Of a DNA stretch of 64,000 nucleotides, positions 8,484 to 17,855 are shown piece after piece. Source of the DNA: Minisyncoccia bacterium (GTDB taxonomy: Bacteria; Patescibacteriota; Minisyncoccia; Phycocordibacterales; UBA918); assembly GCA_041738755.1 (NCBI GenBank), contig JBGSPE010000003.1, positions 62,602 to 126,601 on the forward strand. Reading direction: 5' to 3'. Every line of letters begins with the position of its first letter. The first letter of the stretch is position 1. The position numbers and the translations under genes are program-made. Under the pieces are notes generated by a model, which was given only the letters and a program-made list of their open reading frames with translations, had not been told where the DNA came from and did not search any database.

Positions 8484-9919
8484 TATTTATAGTGAGGCAT
8501 ATCTTCACTCCGGGTATTTCTTGGGATTGCAGAGTTACGCGGCTTTCGGTGAGTCCAGATCCAGGCGAAGATAAAGAAGGTAACTAAAACTACACCAAAC
8601 AAGAGAATTGGCATATTAAGTTTTAAAAAGGACGTACCGTCTATTGCAACATCTTCTTGCTCAGTTTGCTCTAGGCCACACACACTATCGGCAAACTGTT
8701 CACATAAAAATGGAATCGTATAACTCTCTACCTCTCCCCCGCCGAGCAATAATTTCACTTGCAGAGTAACGGCTTGAAGGTCAGTCTCTGGAGTGAACGC
8801 TTGTATAAAAGCGTAAGTATCCTCGAGTAAGATGCTGGTCTGTGTGTATTTTGAAAGTTCCGCACCTGAGGCATCAAGCAAGGTCAACTCAATCGTCGTA
8901 TCAGGAATCGGGGTAGTATATGGTGCTTCAAGACAAACTACCATGGAAACTGACTGTCCGGCTCTTAGCGGGAAAGCTGTGAGACCAGCAACGGTACTTC
9001 GTACCTCATACCCTTCTGCGCGGACAATTGGAATGTTTAACATTCGTTTTGAATCACCATCTTGCAGTTGTGCTACGAGATGAATCTTCGATTCTAATTG
9101 ACCAATGACATCATAAGAAACCTCAACCGACTCACCAGCTGGAATGGTAAGTGACTCAGTTTGGGTGTATCGGAGATTAGCTTCTGTGAGAGCATGGTTG
9201 GCATACTGTAACCACTGTACCGTGACTGTTTTATCAATTGTACTTGGATTAGAAACTACTGTAGTAACAGCAATTGCATCATTGCGTGGGGCGACAGGCA
9301 AGGTAGTGACGTCGTAGGTTTGGCCAGCAATTGTTGTCCGACTTTTTTCAAACGTAACCAGTGAATTAACGTCGGCTCCGCCAACGGTAAACTCGGTCGT
9401 GCCAAGAGACGTACTATCTGCTGTGAATTCTCCAGCAAGGGGTTGACCATTTTGGGCATGGAGTGAGTAACTCACATAATAGGTACCTTGTTCAACAGTG
9501 GTTGGCACCTGCCACGTTACCGTAGTGGGCATTTTGGAGTTTGCTCCCAGACCTAGATTTTCCCTTACAACAAACTGATCAATCGACACATCAACTGATG
9601 CGTCAGCATTACTTCCACCCAGTTTAAACACTTTAGCAACGAGGGTAGCTCCAGCAATGGCTAGTGTGTTTTTGTTTTCGATGACGACTTCAAAGGTAAG
9701 TGTTTCGCCTTGATTAATAGTTAGCGCCTCTCCTTCCCGGGAGATGGTCACGAGGCTGGACTGGAAATACTCACTACATAAGCCAACAATATCGGTAGCG
9801 AACGGTTGCGCTACGGGTCTTGGAGGAGCTTCACTTCCCTCTTGAGCGATGACAAGTGGAACCTGAGAGAACAGTGTGATGGCTGCGATGAACGCAGAGA
9901 GGATTTGGGTCTTACTCAT
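8483..9919 (-). CDS. secreted, C-terminally membrane-anchored Ig-like protein; paralogue of the N-terminal ~420 aa of the 1793-aa protein
   Basis: Signal peptide and C-terminal TM with basic tail. Shared blocks IEN.N, D.(F/Y)VV.EN, W.VP, G.Y, QW.QY, LTI.A, and a terminal Cys pair. Confidence 0.85.
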   Translation of the reverse strand: MSKTQILSAFIAAITLFSQVPLVIAQEGSEAPPRPVAQPFATDIVGLCSEYFQSSLVTISREGEALTINQGETLTFEVVIENKNTLAIAGATLVAKVFKLGGSNADASVDVSIDQFVVRENLGLGANSKMPTTVTWQVPTTVEQGTYYVSYSLHAQNGQPLAGEFTADSTSLGTTEFTVGGADVNSLVTFEKSRTTIAGQTYDVTTLPVAPRNDAIAVTTVVSNPSTIDKTVTVQWLQYANHALTEANLRYTQTESLTIPAGESVEVSYDVIGQLESKIHLVAQLQDGDSKRMLNIPIVRAEGYEVRSTVAGLTAFPLRAGQSVSMVVCLEAPYTTPIPDTTIELTLLDASGAELSKYTQTSILLEDTYAFIQAFTPETDLQAVTLQVKLLLGGGEVESYTIPFLCEQFADSVCGLEQTEQEDVAIDGTSFLKLNMPILLFGVVLVTFFIFAWIWTHRKPRNSAIPRNTRSEDMPHYK

Positions 9920-9985
9920 TACCTGTATTATACAGTTTTTACCTCATATAACAGTTAGTGGTGTTAACTAGTGTAGTTTGAAAAA

Positions 9986-10022
9986 CAACAAAAGCCGGCC
10001 CCTCTAGGGCCGGCTTTTGTTG
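9986..10022 (-). terminator. intrinsic terminator
   Basis: 16-bp arms CAACAAAAGCCGGCCC/GGGCCGGCTTTTGTTG after the stop at 10041. Confidence 0.8.
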
Positions 10023-10040
10023 ATTTAAAGAAATGAGAGA

Positions 10041-12953
10041 TTATGCGACTTCTTTCACTGCCTTCATAATTGACATCTTGACCGCTGACGCCTCGTCAGT
10101 GTACGTTCCGTCAATTGCTCCAGTGAGCGCATCAATCATGTTCTTAATCTTTTCATCACTCAACTTCGCTGTTGTGGTGGTAAGGAGGTCAGAGACAACA
10201 TGTTGTTCACCTCGACGGTTTCGGTACACCGCATCTAAGTCAGCAGCAGCGTCAGCGAGTGCGAACATTGGTCGATTACCAATCATTTCGTATGCCGCAA
10301 CGATGTTGCCAGTGACGATAGCTTCGGCGAGCGAACCTGAACCTTCAGGCACCATAGTTGGTGTGAATGAAGGCGCTTTCGCTTCAGTGGCTGCATCAAC
10401 TCGACACACTGCACAGAGATTTTGCATCCGAGCTTCATTGATTACAATCCAACCATCTTCAAGTGGGTATGATTTCTTGGCTTCGACAATCACTGCGTCA
10501 AGCGCATCATTTCGTTCAACCGTACCTTCAGTGGTACTAATAAAGTACTGAACCGCGTCGCTTGAAAGAAGTGCCTTTTGAGCATGCGCTCGATTTTCAA
10601 GATCAGTTACTATTTCATCACTAACTGGAATTTGATTGACCGGAGTGTTGGCATAGTTTGCATATCCTACAACTGCTTCCGTTGGAAGATTAGCCGGGAT
10701 AGAAGCAACTGTTGAGGTAGCGACTGGTGCTACAGACGGTGTTACAAAGAGATCTGGTCGGACTGCTTCTGCTTGTCGCATCATCTGGTGTGAAGTATCA
10801 GCCTCAGGGTAGGTGTAGTCAATATTTGCAGTAACGGCAACTTGTCGTCGGATGACAATGAGGTAGGTTACGTATAATGCCCACGCCATCAAGAGGAGGT
10901 AGAAGAAGAGGGTCAATACGGGACCAGCTTCAAACCCAGTGTATGGCACATCAGTGAGTGAAATACCAGCGACAAGTGGTTGTTGGTCTCGTGCTTGTAA
11001 GAGAACAGTTTCGTCTTCGACTTCTACTTCAACTGAACATTCACGGTCTCGTGATCCTCGGGCAGCATTAATAGTGTATTCGGTATCTCGAGTTGGTCGG
11101 AGTTCAATTTCTCCATCATAGAGTTCATCTTTATCTCGAGCTGGCACACCATCAGTTGTGACGATTACGTTTCCTCGGTCATCTTCAATCGTGACTGCAG
11201 TAGCGCGGCTCGTGTCCCAGGTAAGGGTAATCTCTTCACCTCGGCGGATAGTCGTATCTGAGATAGTGAGTTCACATCGTGGAGTTGAACTTCCACCACC
11301 TCCGCCACCACCTCCGTTATCTTCATCAACATTGATTACTACCGGACAATCAACACTTCGATTTCCTTCCGTTGCGGTGAGTACGTAGGTAGTATTTGAG
11401 TTAGGTGAGACAGTTTGCGTTCCATTCAAGGTCGTAGCGTTGATAACGCTAATTGAGACACTATCGACTCCGGTGGTATTCCAGGTCAAAACTGAACTAT
11501 CACCTTCATCGATACTGTTTGGTGAAGCGGCAAAGGTAACGTTATTTTCACAGGTAAGCGTATCAGTTACCGGTGGTTGCACCGTTACTGGTGCTGGACA
11601 AGAAACCGTATCTCCATTGCTATCAGTTGCGGTGAGCGTAAAGTTAGTATTGGTATTTACAAAGAGACTTTGTGAACCAGTCAGCCCCACCATTCCAGCC
11701 GTCGGAGTAATCGATACTGAATTGGCACCGGTTACTACCCAAGCAAGCGTTGTTGTACCACCACCATTTGGAAGAATAGCTGGAGTAGCGGTGAAGCTTT
11801 CACAGACTGGTACCGGATCATCTGATACGGTTACCGTAACCTGACAATCATCTGTTTGGTTATTCGCACCGAATACCGTAAGGGTGTAGGTAAGCGTAGC
11901 AAGCGGTGTCACTGAGACAGAACCGTTAACAGGGACATCTCCCACACCATTATTGATAACCACTCGATTGGCGTTCACTGTTGTCCAGGCGAGAGTCACT
12001 GGCGTACCAGTTGTAACTGTTCCTGGAGTTGCGGTGAAGCTTTCACAGTTTGGAGCCACTGGAGTTACACAATCGTTATCAATTTGAGTTCGTACAATTT
12101 GACTATGGACAAACGTACCGAAGTTGTTGAGTTCGTAAGCTGTTGCACGAGCTTGGTTTGTCACTTCAAAGTCCCCACACTGCGTTGGTGCAGTCACCTT
12201 CCCTACCCACGTGATAGTTCCATACTCACCTGGAGTTAGAACGTGACCATTAAAAAGGAGGGTTCGTGTACTGTCTTGATAGACGGGTGTATTGCCATAA
12301 CCAGCAGTGAGGTTTGCGGTGAGCGTATAACGGAGGTATTGAATGTGATTTTGAATAGCATCTTCAATTCGAACGCCGTCGCCGGTACAATTTGCAGTAC
12401 CAATGTTCTTGACGACAATCGTGTAGGTAAGTTCATCTCCCACCATAGCATTTGTCTTATCAACTGCCTTAGTGATTTCAAGCTTACACTCGGTTACGAC
12501 TGGTGGTGGTAAACAAATGATTGAGACTTGGGTACGACACTTATCGTTACCATCCTCAGCTTCAATAACATACGTAGTATTCACGAGAATATTAGTGTAG
12601 GTTTTTGAACCTTGTGGTCCGCTGACTGATTCACCATTAATGGTGACATTTGAGAAGCCACTCACATCCCAGGTAAGGGTGATTGATCCACCAGAAATAA
12701 TTTCAGTGAAATCTGTCTTCAGTGAACACTTCTTGAAAACAATGTTGTTTGAAACGCTTCCAAGGTCTGGCTGATTGCCTACATTACCAGAAACTGAAGG
12801 AAGTGTCGGAGTCTCAAGTAAGTCGAGACTACCGAAGCCCGGAAGACTTGCCCCATCAAGGATTGAAGCGTTTGCCAATTGCGGTCCTGCCACAAACGTA
12901 ACCAACGCTAAAACCACTACTGTGACTTTAAAGGTCTTGAGTAATGTGTTCAT
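10041..12953 (-). CDS. surface protein with DUF11-like and Cys-paired Ig repeats, internal VPYTG sorting-like motif plus TM, and a ~265-aa cytoplasmic tail
   Basis: Signal peptide begins at ATG 12953 (the TTG at 13118 is the -35 box). DUF11-like motif LEITKAVDKTNAMVGDELTYTIVVKNIG. VPYTG at 10935-10949 followed by a TM and RR. Confidence 0.85.
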   Translation of the reverse strand: MNTLLKTFKVTVVVLALVTFVAGPQLANASILDGASLPGFGSLDLLETPTLPSVSGNVGNQPDLGSVSNNIVFKKCSLKTDFTEIISGGSITLTWDVSGFSNVTINGESVSGPQGSKTYTNILVNTTYVIEAEDGNDKCRTQVSIICLPPPVVTECKLEITKAVDKTNAMVGDELTYTIVVKNIGTANCTGDGVRIEDAIQNHIQYLRYTLTANLTAGYGNTPVYQDSTRTLLFNGHVLTPGEYGTITWVGKVTAPTQCGDFEVTNQARATAYELNNFGTFVHSQIVRTQIDNDCVTPVAPNCESFTATPGTVTTGTPVTLAWTTVNANRVVINNGVGDVPVNGSVSVTPLATLTYTLTVFGANNQTDDCQVTVTVSDDPVPVCESFTATPAILPNGGGTTTLAWVVTGANSVSITPTAGMVGLTGSQSLFVNTNTNFTLTATDSNGDTVSCPAPVTVQPPVTDTLTCENNVTFAASPNSIDEGDSSVLTWNTTGVDSVSISVINATTLNGTQTVSPNSNTTYVLTATEGNRSVDCPVVINVDEDNGGGGGGGGSSTPRCELTISDTTIRRGEEITLTWDTSRATAVTIEDDRGNVIVTTDGVPARDKDELYDGEIELRPTRDTEYTINAARGSRDRECSVEVEVEDETVLLQARDQQPLVAGISLTDVPYTGFEAGPVLTLFFYLLLMAWALYVTYLIVIRRQVAVTANIDYTYPEADTSHQMMRQAEAVRPDLFVTPSVAPVATSTVASIPANLPTEAVVGYANYANTPVNQIPVSDEIVTDLENRAHAQKALLSSDAVQYFISTTEGTVERNDALDAVIVEAKKSYPLEDGWIVINEARMQNLCAVCRVDAATEAKAPSFTPTMVPEGSGSLAEAIVTGNIVAAYEMIGNRPMFALADAAADLDAVYRNRRGEQHVVSDLLTTTTAKLSDEKIKNMIDALTGAIDGTYTDEASAVKMSIMKAVKEVA

Positions 12954-13089
12954 AATACTATTGTTATAATTGCTATTCATAAATTCAATACTCCGACCTA
13001 CCAGGTTGCGGTACGCGAGAGTAACAAAGTCTACGAAACTATGTGTGAGAGAACTGTGGCCAGTAAAGTGTACCAGCACCTGATAATTT

Positions 13090-13118
13090 ATAATATACCA
13101 TATATTGAGTTTTGTCAA
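13090..13118 (-). promoter_or_regulatory. sigma70-type promoter
   Basis: TTGACA at 13118-13113; TATTAT at 17-nt spacing (or TGg-TATATT). Confidence 0.6.
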
Positions 13119-13191
13119 TAGTTATAGGCTTTTGTACTTCTCTTAAACAACCTCTCGTAACATTGCCTAAGCTGGCCAATCTGCTTGATTC

Positions 13192-13872
13192 TTACAACGT
13201 TCGAACTGAAATTTGCTTGGCTTCGACAATAAAGCGGTCGTCAGTACTTCCAAAACTATTACAGGTAGCCAGTGTGAGGAGTTTTTGATCCCCCGCAATT
13301 GGAACGGTGACATCTTGAGCTCGCGCTTTATAGGTATTTTGCACTTCATATACCACAACTGCCGTGTCAGTCGTAACTTCGATAGTATCTCCCCACTCAA
13401 GATCTTCAATACCATTAAAGGCTTGGAAGTTACGATTGAGGACAGTTGGGAGGTAGCTCGAGTGGCCCAAGATAAAGACGTTCCCATCTTGTGCAAGATG
13501 AGCAGAATCAGGGTGTCGTACCACTCCACTCAAAAGAGCATTATCAAGATCAGCTACGGTTCGAGATGTTGGATTTAAGACCGGGACGGTTCGGTCAAGC
13601 TTGGCAATATAAATTGAACGCGGCAAAACCGGACCGACAGTCTCATCAAGCTCATCAATTGAAGCCGCTTGTTCGATAGCCTGATTCTGTTCAGGCACGA
13701 TAATTTCTTGCGCTGGCTCAAATGGCACGACTTCTTCCTTTGGTTCAGGGACAAAATCAATTGCCACCAAGAGTAAGTATGAGAGTGAAAAAATCACAAA
13801 AAAGACACCGAAGAAAGCGGTCTTTCGTTCCCAAATTGCATCAGTGAGTGTTTGAATAGTGTGTCGAGACAT
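13192..13872 (-). CDS. sortase
   Basis: N-terminal TM and catalytic His-Cys-Arg motifs: GNVFILGHSS, LLTLATC, RFIVEA; also L..GD.I.V. Confidence 0.92.
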   Translation of the reverse strand: MSRHTIQTLTDAIWERKTAFFGVFFVIFSLSYLLLVAIDFVPEPKEEVVPFEPAQEIIVPEQNQAIEQAASIDELDETVGPVLPRSIYIAKLDRTVPVLNPTSRTVADLDNALLSGVVRHPDSAHLAQDGNVFILGHSSYLPTVLNRNFQAFNGIEDLEWGDTIEVTTDTAVVVYEVQNTYKARAQDVTVPIAGDQKLLTLATCNSFGSTDDRFIVEAKQISVRTL

Positions 13873-13887
13873 AAAATGTATCCCGAT

Positions 13888-13915
13888 ATTATACGCACTT
13901 TTATTAAAAAGTCAA
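13888..13915 (-). promoter_or_regulatory. sigma70-type promoter for the sortase
   Basis: TTGACT-16 nt-TATAAT. Confidence 0.65.
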
Positions 13916-13998
13916 TACTTAGGCCCTCTTCTTTAAAATAAGGGATTAAAACCATAACTATTGACAAATAGGTTGTAAAGTAGTATGTTGCGAAGACT

Positions 13999-15024
13999 AT
14001 GAATAACGTTACCATTGAAGTTGAAAAGAAAACTGTCGTCATGAAGTCTTTGGCAATCCTAGGCCTCATTTTTATCATTAGTTTCATTGCGTGGTTATCA
14101 GTTCAAATCGTTGCGGTAGCGCCAAGCGCCTTCTCTTCCCTGGCCTCGCTCGCAAGCAGCATCTCAGATGCGCGTGAAGAGGTGGTTGAAGAAATGAAGG
14201 AACCAGAAGTCCTCACCATCCAGAGCAACACTCAAACTATTACCACGAGCGAGCAAGTGGTACTTTCCTGGGACGACGTAGACGCACCTGGTACCTATGC
14301 ATTTGTGTACGAATGTTCAAATGGAGTAACGGTTGAAATTACGGGAGTTGATGGATTTCGAAATATCGCCTGTGGCACCAACTACAACCTTGGTGATATC
14401 CAAAACCTGACCTTCACCGTTGCCTCAAATGAAATTCGCAGTACCGACATCGCGTACACTATTTCATTTTTAAGAAGTGATGAAACAAAGCCATCACACA
14501 TCGGAAGCGGTACAGTAACCGTTACAAATCTTGCGATTGCTGATCCAAATGAACCAGTAGTCGAAGCAGAGGAGGAAACCCCAGAAGTCGTAGTTGAAGA
14601 AGAGGCTCCAGCCGTTACTCCTCCGGTGGTAGTTGAAGAGCCAGAATTTGTTTTCGAAATCCCCGTCTCAAATCCAAATGGTACCGCCGACCTTACAACT
14701 CGATTTCTCAATGTTGGAGAAATTATCAATAATCGCTTTGTTGCAGGCACAGTTGAGAGAGATGAAACAGGAGCTATTCAATTTGAAGTCCGAAACATTG
14801 GTAATAAAACTTCAGAGTCATGGAGTTTCGAAGTAAGCTTACCTGACGGTTCAACCTATGAGTCAACTACGCAAGCGCCACTTCGACCAAACGAACGAGC
14901 AACCCTTGCCCTTGGCTTCGAAGCTGATGGCGGATCAAGTTTTACGTTTGAAGTTTCCGTTGAAAGTGACGATGAACGAACTGAAAACAATAATTCATTC
15001 CGACAAATCGTTTCATTTCGATAG
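13999..15024 (+). CDS. membrane-anchored protein with C-terminal CARDB-like domain
   Basis: N-terminal TM, acidic Pro/Glu linker, ADL...FEVRNIG.K...E..ENNN. Confidence 0.8.
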   Translation: MNNVTIEVEKKTVVMKSLAILGLIFIISFIAWLSVQIVAVAPSAFSSLASLASSISDAREEVVEEMKEPEVLTIQSNTQTITTSEQVVLSWDDVDAPGTYAFVYECSNGVTVEITGVDGFRNIACGTNYNLGDIQNLTFTVASNEIRSTDIAYTISFLRSDETKPSHIGSGTVTVTNLAIADPNEPVVEAEEETPEVVVEEEAPAVTPPVVVEEPEFVFEIPVSNPNGTADLTTRFLNVGEIINNRFVAGTVERDETGAIQFEVRNIGNKTSESWSFEVSLPDGSTYESTTQAPLRPNERATLALGFEADGGSSFTFEVSVESDDERTENNNSFRQIVSFR

Positions 15025-15072
15025 AAATACAAAAAGTCCCGGGCCATTGGCCCGGGACTTTTTGTATTTCTA
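15022..15072. terminator. bidirectional terminator / 51-bp palindrome
   Basis: Perfect 25-bp arms TAGAAATACAAAAAGTCCCGGGCCA with a 1-nt centre, between convergent genes. Confidence 0.85.
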
Positions 15073-17145
15073 AATATCCACGTTCGCCATTTTGGCGTTG
15101 TTTTGAATAAATGATTTTCGACTTGGAACGTCGTTCCCCATCAAAATATCAAACACTCGGTCGGCCGCCATCGCGTCTTCGACACAGACTTGCTTCAAGA
15201 TTCGATTGGCTGGATTCATCGTTGTTTCCCAGAGCTCGTCCGCGTTCATTTCTCCCAGACCCTTGTACCGTTGAATACGTGCCTTCCCTGTCTTCTTGAC
15301 CACCTCTTCGGTCTCTTCCTCTTCACTCTCATCTACTACTTCAACATCCTCACTCACGTCTTCACCCATATCCTTAAGGATAGAGAATTTTTCAGTGTCA
15401 TCAAACGCATACCGAACGTCTTTCCCTTTCTGAATTTTATAGAGTGGTGGTTGCGCAATATAGACAAATCCTCCATCAACTAACTGTCTAAAGTAGCGGT
15501 AGAACAGCGTTAAGAGTAACGTTCGAATGTGTGCACCGTCAACGTCTGCGTCAGTTGCGATAATAATCTTGTGATACCGTAATCGAGAGATATCAAACAC
15601 GTCGCCAATTGCTGTCCCAAGCGCAATCACGAGATTTTTAATCTGTTCTGACGCCAGCATTTTATCAATTCGGGCCCGCTCGACATTAAGAATCTTACCT
15701 CTAAGTGGCAAAATAGCCTGCGTCTTTCGGTCCCGCCCCATCTTGGCTGATCCACCGGCTGAGTCTCCCTCCACAATAAAGATTTCGGAATCTTCCGCCC
15801 GCTTACTTTGACAGTCGGCCAACTTACCCGGAAGTGACATCCCTTCAAGGGCACCCTTACGAAGCACGCTATCCTTAGCTGCCTTAGCTGCCTTACGGGC
15901 TTTTACCGCAATAATCACTTTGTTTATGATGGCTTTTGCGTCATCTGGGTTTTCTTCAAGGAAATTATTAAATGCCTCACCAAAGACTGATTCGGTTGCA
16001 CTTCTAGCCTCCACTGATCCAAGCTTGGCTTTGGTTTGTCCTTCAAATTGAATCTCAGGCATCTTTACCGATACTACTGCCGTGATACCTTCGAGTACAT
16101 CGTCACCGGTAAAGCCAGCGTCTTTGTCTTTGACTGAGAAAAAATTATTTTTCTTAGCGTAGGTATTGAGGGTTCTTGTTAGCGCGGTTTTAAAACCAGT
16201 GATGTGAGTCCCGTGCTCTGGGTTATAGATATTGTTCGCAAACGCAGTGATTCTCGGTGAAATATCATCGACGTATTGAAGCGCAACTTCTACCGACAAC
16301 ACCGCCGCATCAACCTCATTTTTTTCAACGTAGAAAATATTTTTATGAACGGGCTTTTGGTACTTGTTATTAAACGCCACCAATGACCGTAGTCCACCTT
16401 CAAAGTAGAAAGTCTGTTGTGGTACGACCAAGTGCTCATCGGCCAGATATTGCTTACCCTTAAGATCAAGTTTCTTTTGAACATCTTCATCGATGTCTCT
16501 CGCATCAATCACCGTCAGATGCATAGCTTTCACCAAGTACGCTTGTTGTCTCAAGTGGGTGAAGATTCGCTTGTAGTCGTATTTAATTTCTTTGAAGATA
16601 TCAATATCTGCCTTGAATGTAATCACCGTACCTTGGAGTTTTGAGGGACCTATTTTCTTAGTTTTATAAACTGGCTTCCCAATTTTATATTCCTGCATGT
16701 GATAGCTACCGTCTCGATGCACTTCTGCAATCAAGTGCTCTGAAAGAGCATTCACAACCGATACCCCTACCCCGTGCAGTCCACCAGACACCTTATAACC
16801 TGATTCATCACCACCAAACTTTCCTCCGGCGTGCAGCACGGTCAAAATAGTTTCAAGGGCAGATACACCAGTCTGCTTATGAACATCAACTGGAATTCCT
16901 CGGCCATTATCAACGACGCGAATATAATTGTCAGGCAAGAGTGCCACTTCAACCCGATTAGCAAAACCGCCCATCGCTTCATCGCGTGAGTTATCAAAAA
17001 TCTCCCAGATCAAGTGATGCAATCCATCAGGACCAGTCGTGCCAATGTACATCCCCGGACGCTTTCGCACTGGCTCGAGTCCTTCGAGAACGGAAATTGA
17101 GGAAGCGTCGTAATTTTTACTCTTTTCAGGTTTTTTCGCCGGCAT
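15070..17145 (-). CDS. gyrB: DNA gyrase subunit B
   Basis: LEGLEPVRKRPGMYIG, SGGLHGVGVSVVNALS, FEGQTK, IVEGDSAGG, PLRGKILN, TDADVDGAHI, QRYKGLGEM. Confidence 0.95.
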   Translation of the reverse strand: MPAKKPEKSKNYDASSISVLEGLEPVRKRPGMYIGTTGPDGLHHLIWEIFDNSRDEAMGGFANRVEVALLPDNYIRVVDNGRGIPVDVHKQTGVSALETILTVLHAGGKFGGDESGYKVSGGLHGVGVSVVNALSEHLIAEVHRDGSYHMQEYKIGKPVYKTKKIGPSKLQGTVITFKADIDIFKEIKYDYKRIFTHLRQQAYLVKAMHLTVIDARDIDEDVQKKLDLKGKQYLADEHLVVPQQTFYFEGGLRSLVAFNNKYQKPVHKNIFYVEKNEVDAAVLSVEVALQYVDDISPRITAFANNIYNPEHGTHITGFKTALTRTLNTYAKKNNFFSVKDKDAGFTGDDVLEGITAVVSVKMPEIQFEGQTKAKLGSVEARSATESVFGEAFNNFLEENPDDAKAIINKVIIAVKARKAAKAAKDSVLRKGALEGMSLPGKLADCQSKRAEDSEIFIVEGDSAGGSAKMGRDRKTQAILPLRGKILNVERARIDKMLASEQIKNLVIALGTAIGDVFDISRLRYHKIIIATDADVDGAHIRTLLLTLFYRYFRQLVDGGFVYIAQPPLYKIQKGKDVRYAFDDTEKFSILKDMGEDVSEDVEVVDESEEEETEEVVKKTGKARIQRYKGLGEMNADELWETTMNPANRILKQVCVEDAMAADRVFDILMGNDVPSRKSFIQNNAKMANVDI

Positions 17146-17237
17146 GCAGAATGTTTAAACAAATAATTGCTGGTCATTATAACATTTTTAGACCCATTCT
17201 GCCCATGTAAAAAAACGTTAAAATAAGGGATAATTAG

Positions 17238-17265
17238 TTGACTTTTTTAATATTATGTGTATAAT
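17238..17265 (+). promoter_or_regulatory. sigma70-type promoter
   Basis: TTGACT-16 nt-TATAAT; GAGG before the ATG at 17296. Confidence 0.6.
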
Positions 17266-17295
17266 ATTAGATGTCATTTCTGAGAGGAAGTCGAA

Positions 17296-17793
17296 ATGGA
17301 AGATGTTCTTAATCAAGAAGCAGAGACCACTCAACATATACCGGTTGTGGCAAAAATCCTGCTTGCGGTGTTAGCCGTTACTGCTGGTTCACTCCTCAAC
17401 AGCTCAGGTGGGGCACTGCTTGCGGGCATTGCTGTATACCTCGCTTTCAAGACAGTTCGGAACACATCCGGGCATGATCGATGGTTACTCATCACTGCCG
17501 GTATCATCGGCCTCAATGTGAGTCTTACCACCCTGTGGTATGGGGTAATCGGCAACTACGTTGATCCTGAACTGGCGCCAATCTGGTCGAAGTTTGAGTG
17601 TGATTACTCAGGCGGAAGCGATGTGTACTGCCCCAGTTACGTTACTGATAAGCGGGACAAAATCCTGGCGAAGCGAGGTGTCACTACCACCATTGTCTGG
17701 TGGGCTACTGGGAGCGCCCTTAATCAGGGCGAACCAGTCACGCACCACAATGTGCAAGGTCTGGCGATAACCTATTGGTTTCCCGAATTCTAA
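17296..17793 (+). CDS. hypothetical membrane protein
   Basis: About 3 hydrophobic segments; has its own promoter and terminator. Confidence 0.65.
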   Translation: MEDVLNQEAETTQHIPVVAKILLAVLAVTAGSLLNSSGGALLAGIAVYLAFKTVRNTSGHDRWLLITAGIIGLNVSLTTLWYGVIGNYVDPELAPIWSKFECDYSGGSDVYCPSYVTDKRDKILAKRGVTTTIVWWATGSALNQGEPVTHHNVQGLAITYWFPEF

Positions 17794-17796
17794 ACT

Positions 17797-17851
17797 GCCC
17801 GAGTGGTGTGTGTCTCAAAATGTACAGAGACACACACCCGCGGGCTTTTTT
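17797..17851 (+). terminator. intrinsic terminator
   Basis: GCCCG..GTGTGTGTCTC/GAGACACACAC..CGGGC followed by T6. Confidence 0.6.
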
Positions 17852-17855
17852 ATTA

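Noticed and set aside
12954-13118. N-terminal extension of the 1025-aa ORF
   Set aside because: The TTG start is the -35 box TTGACA, and the signal peptide begins at ATG 12953.
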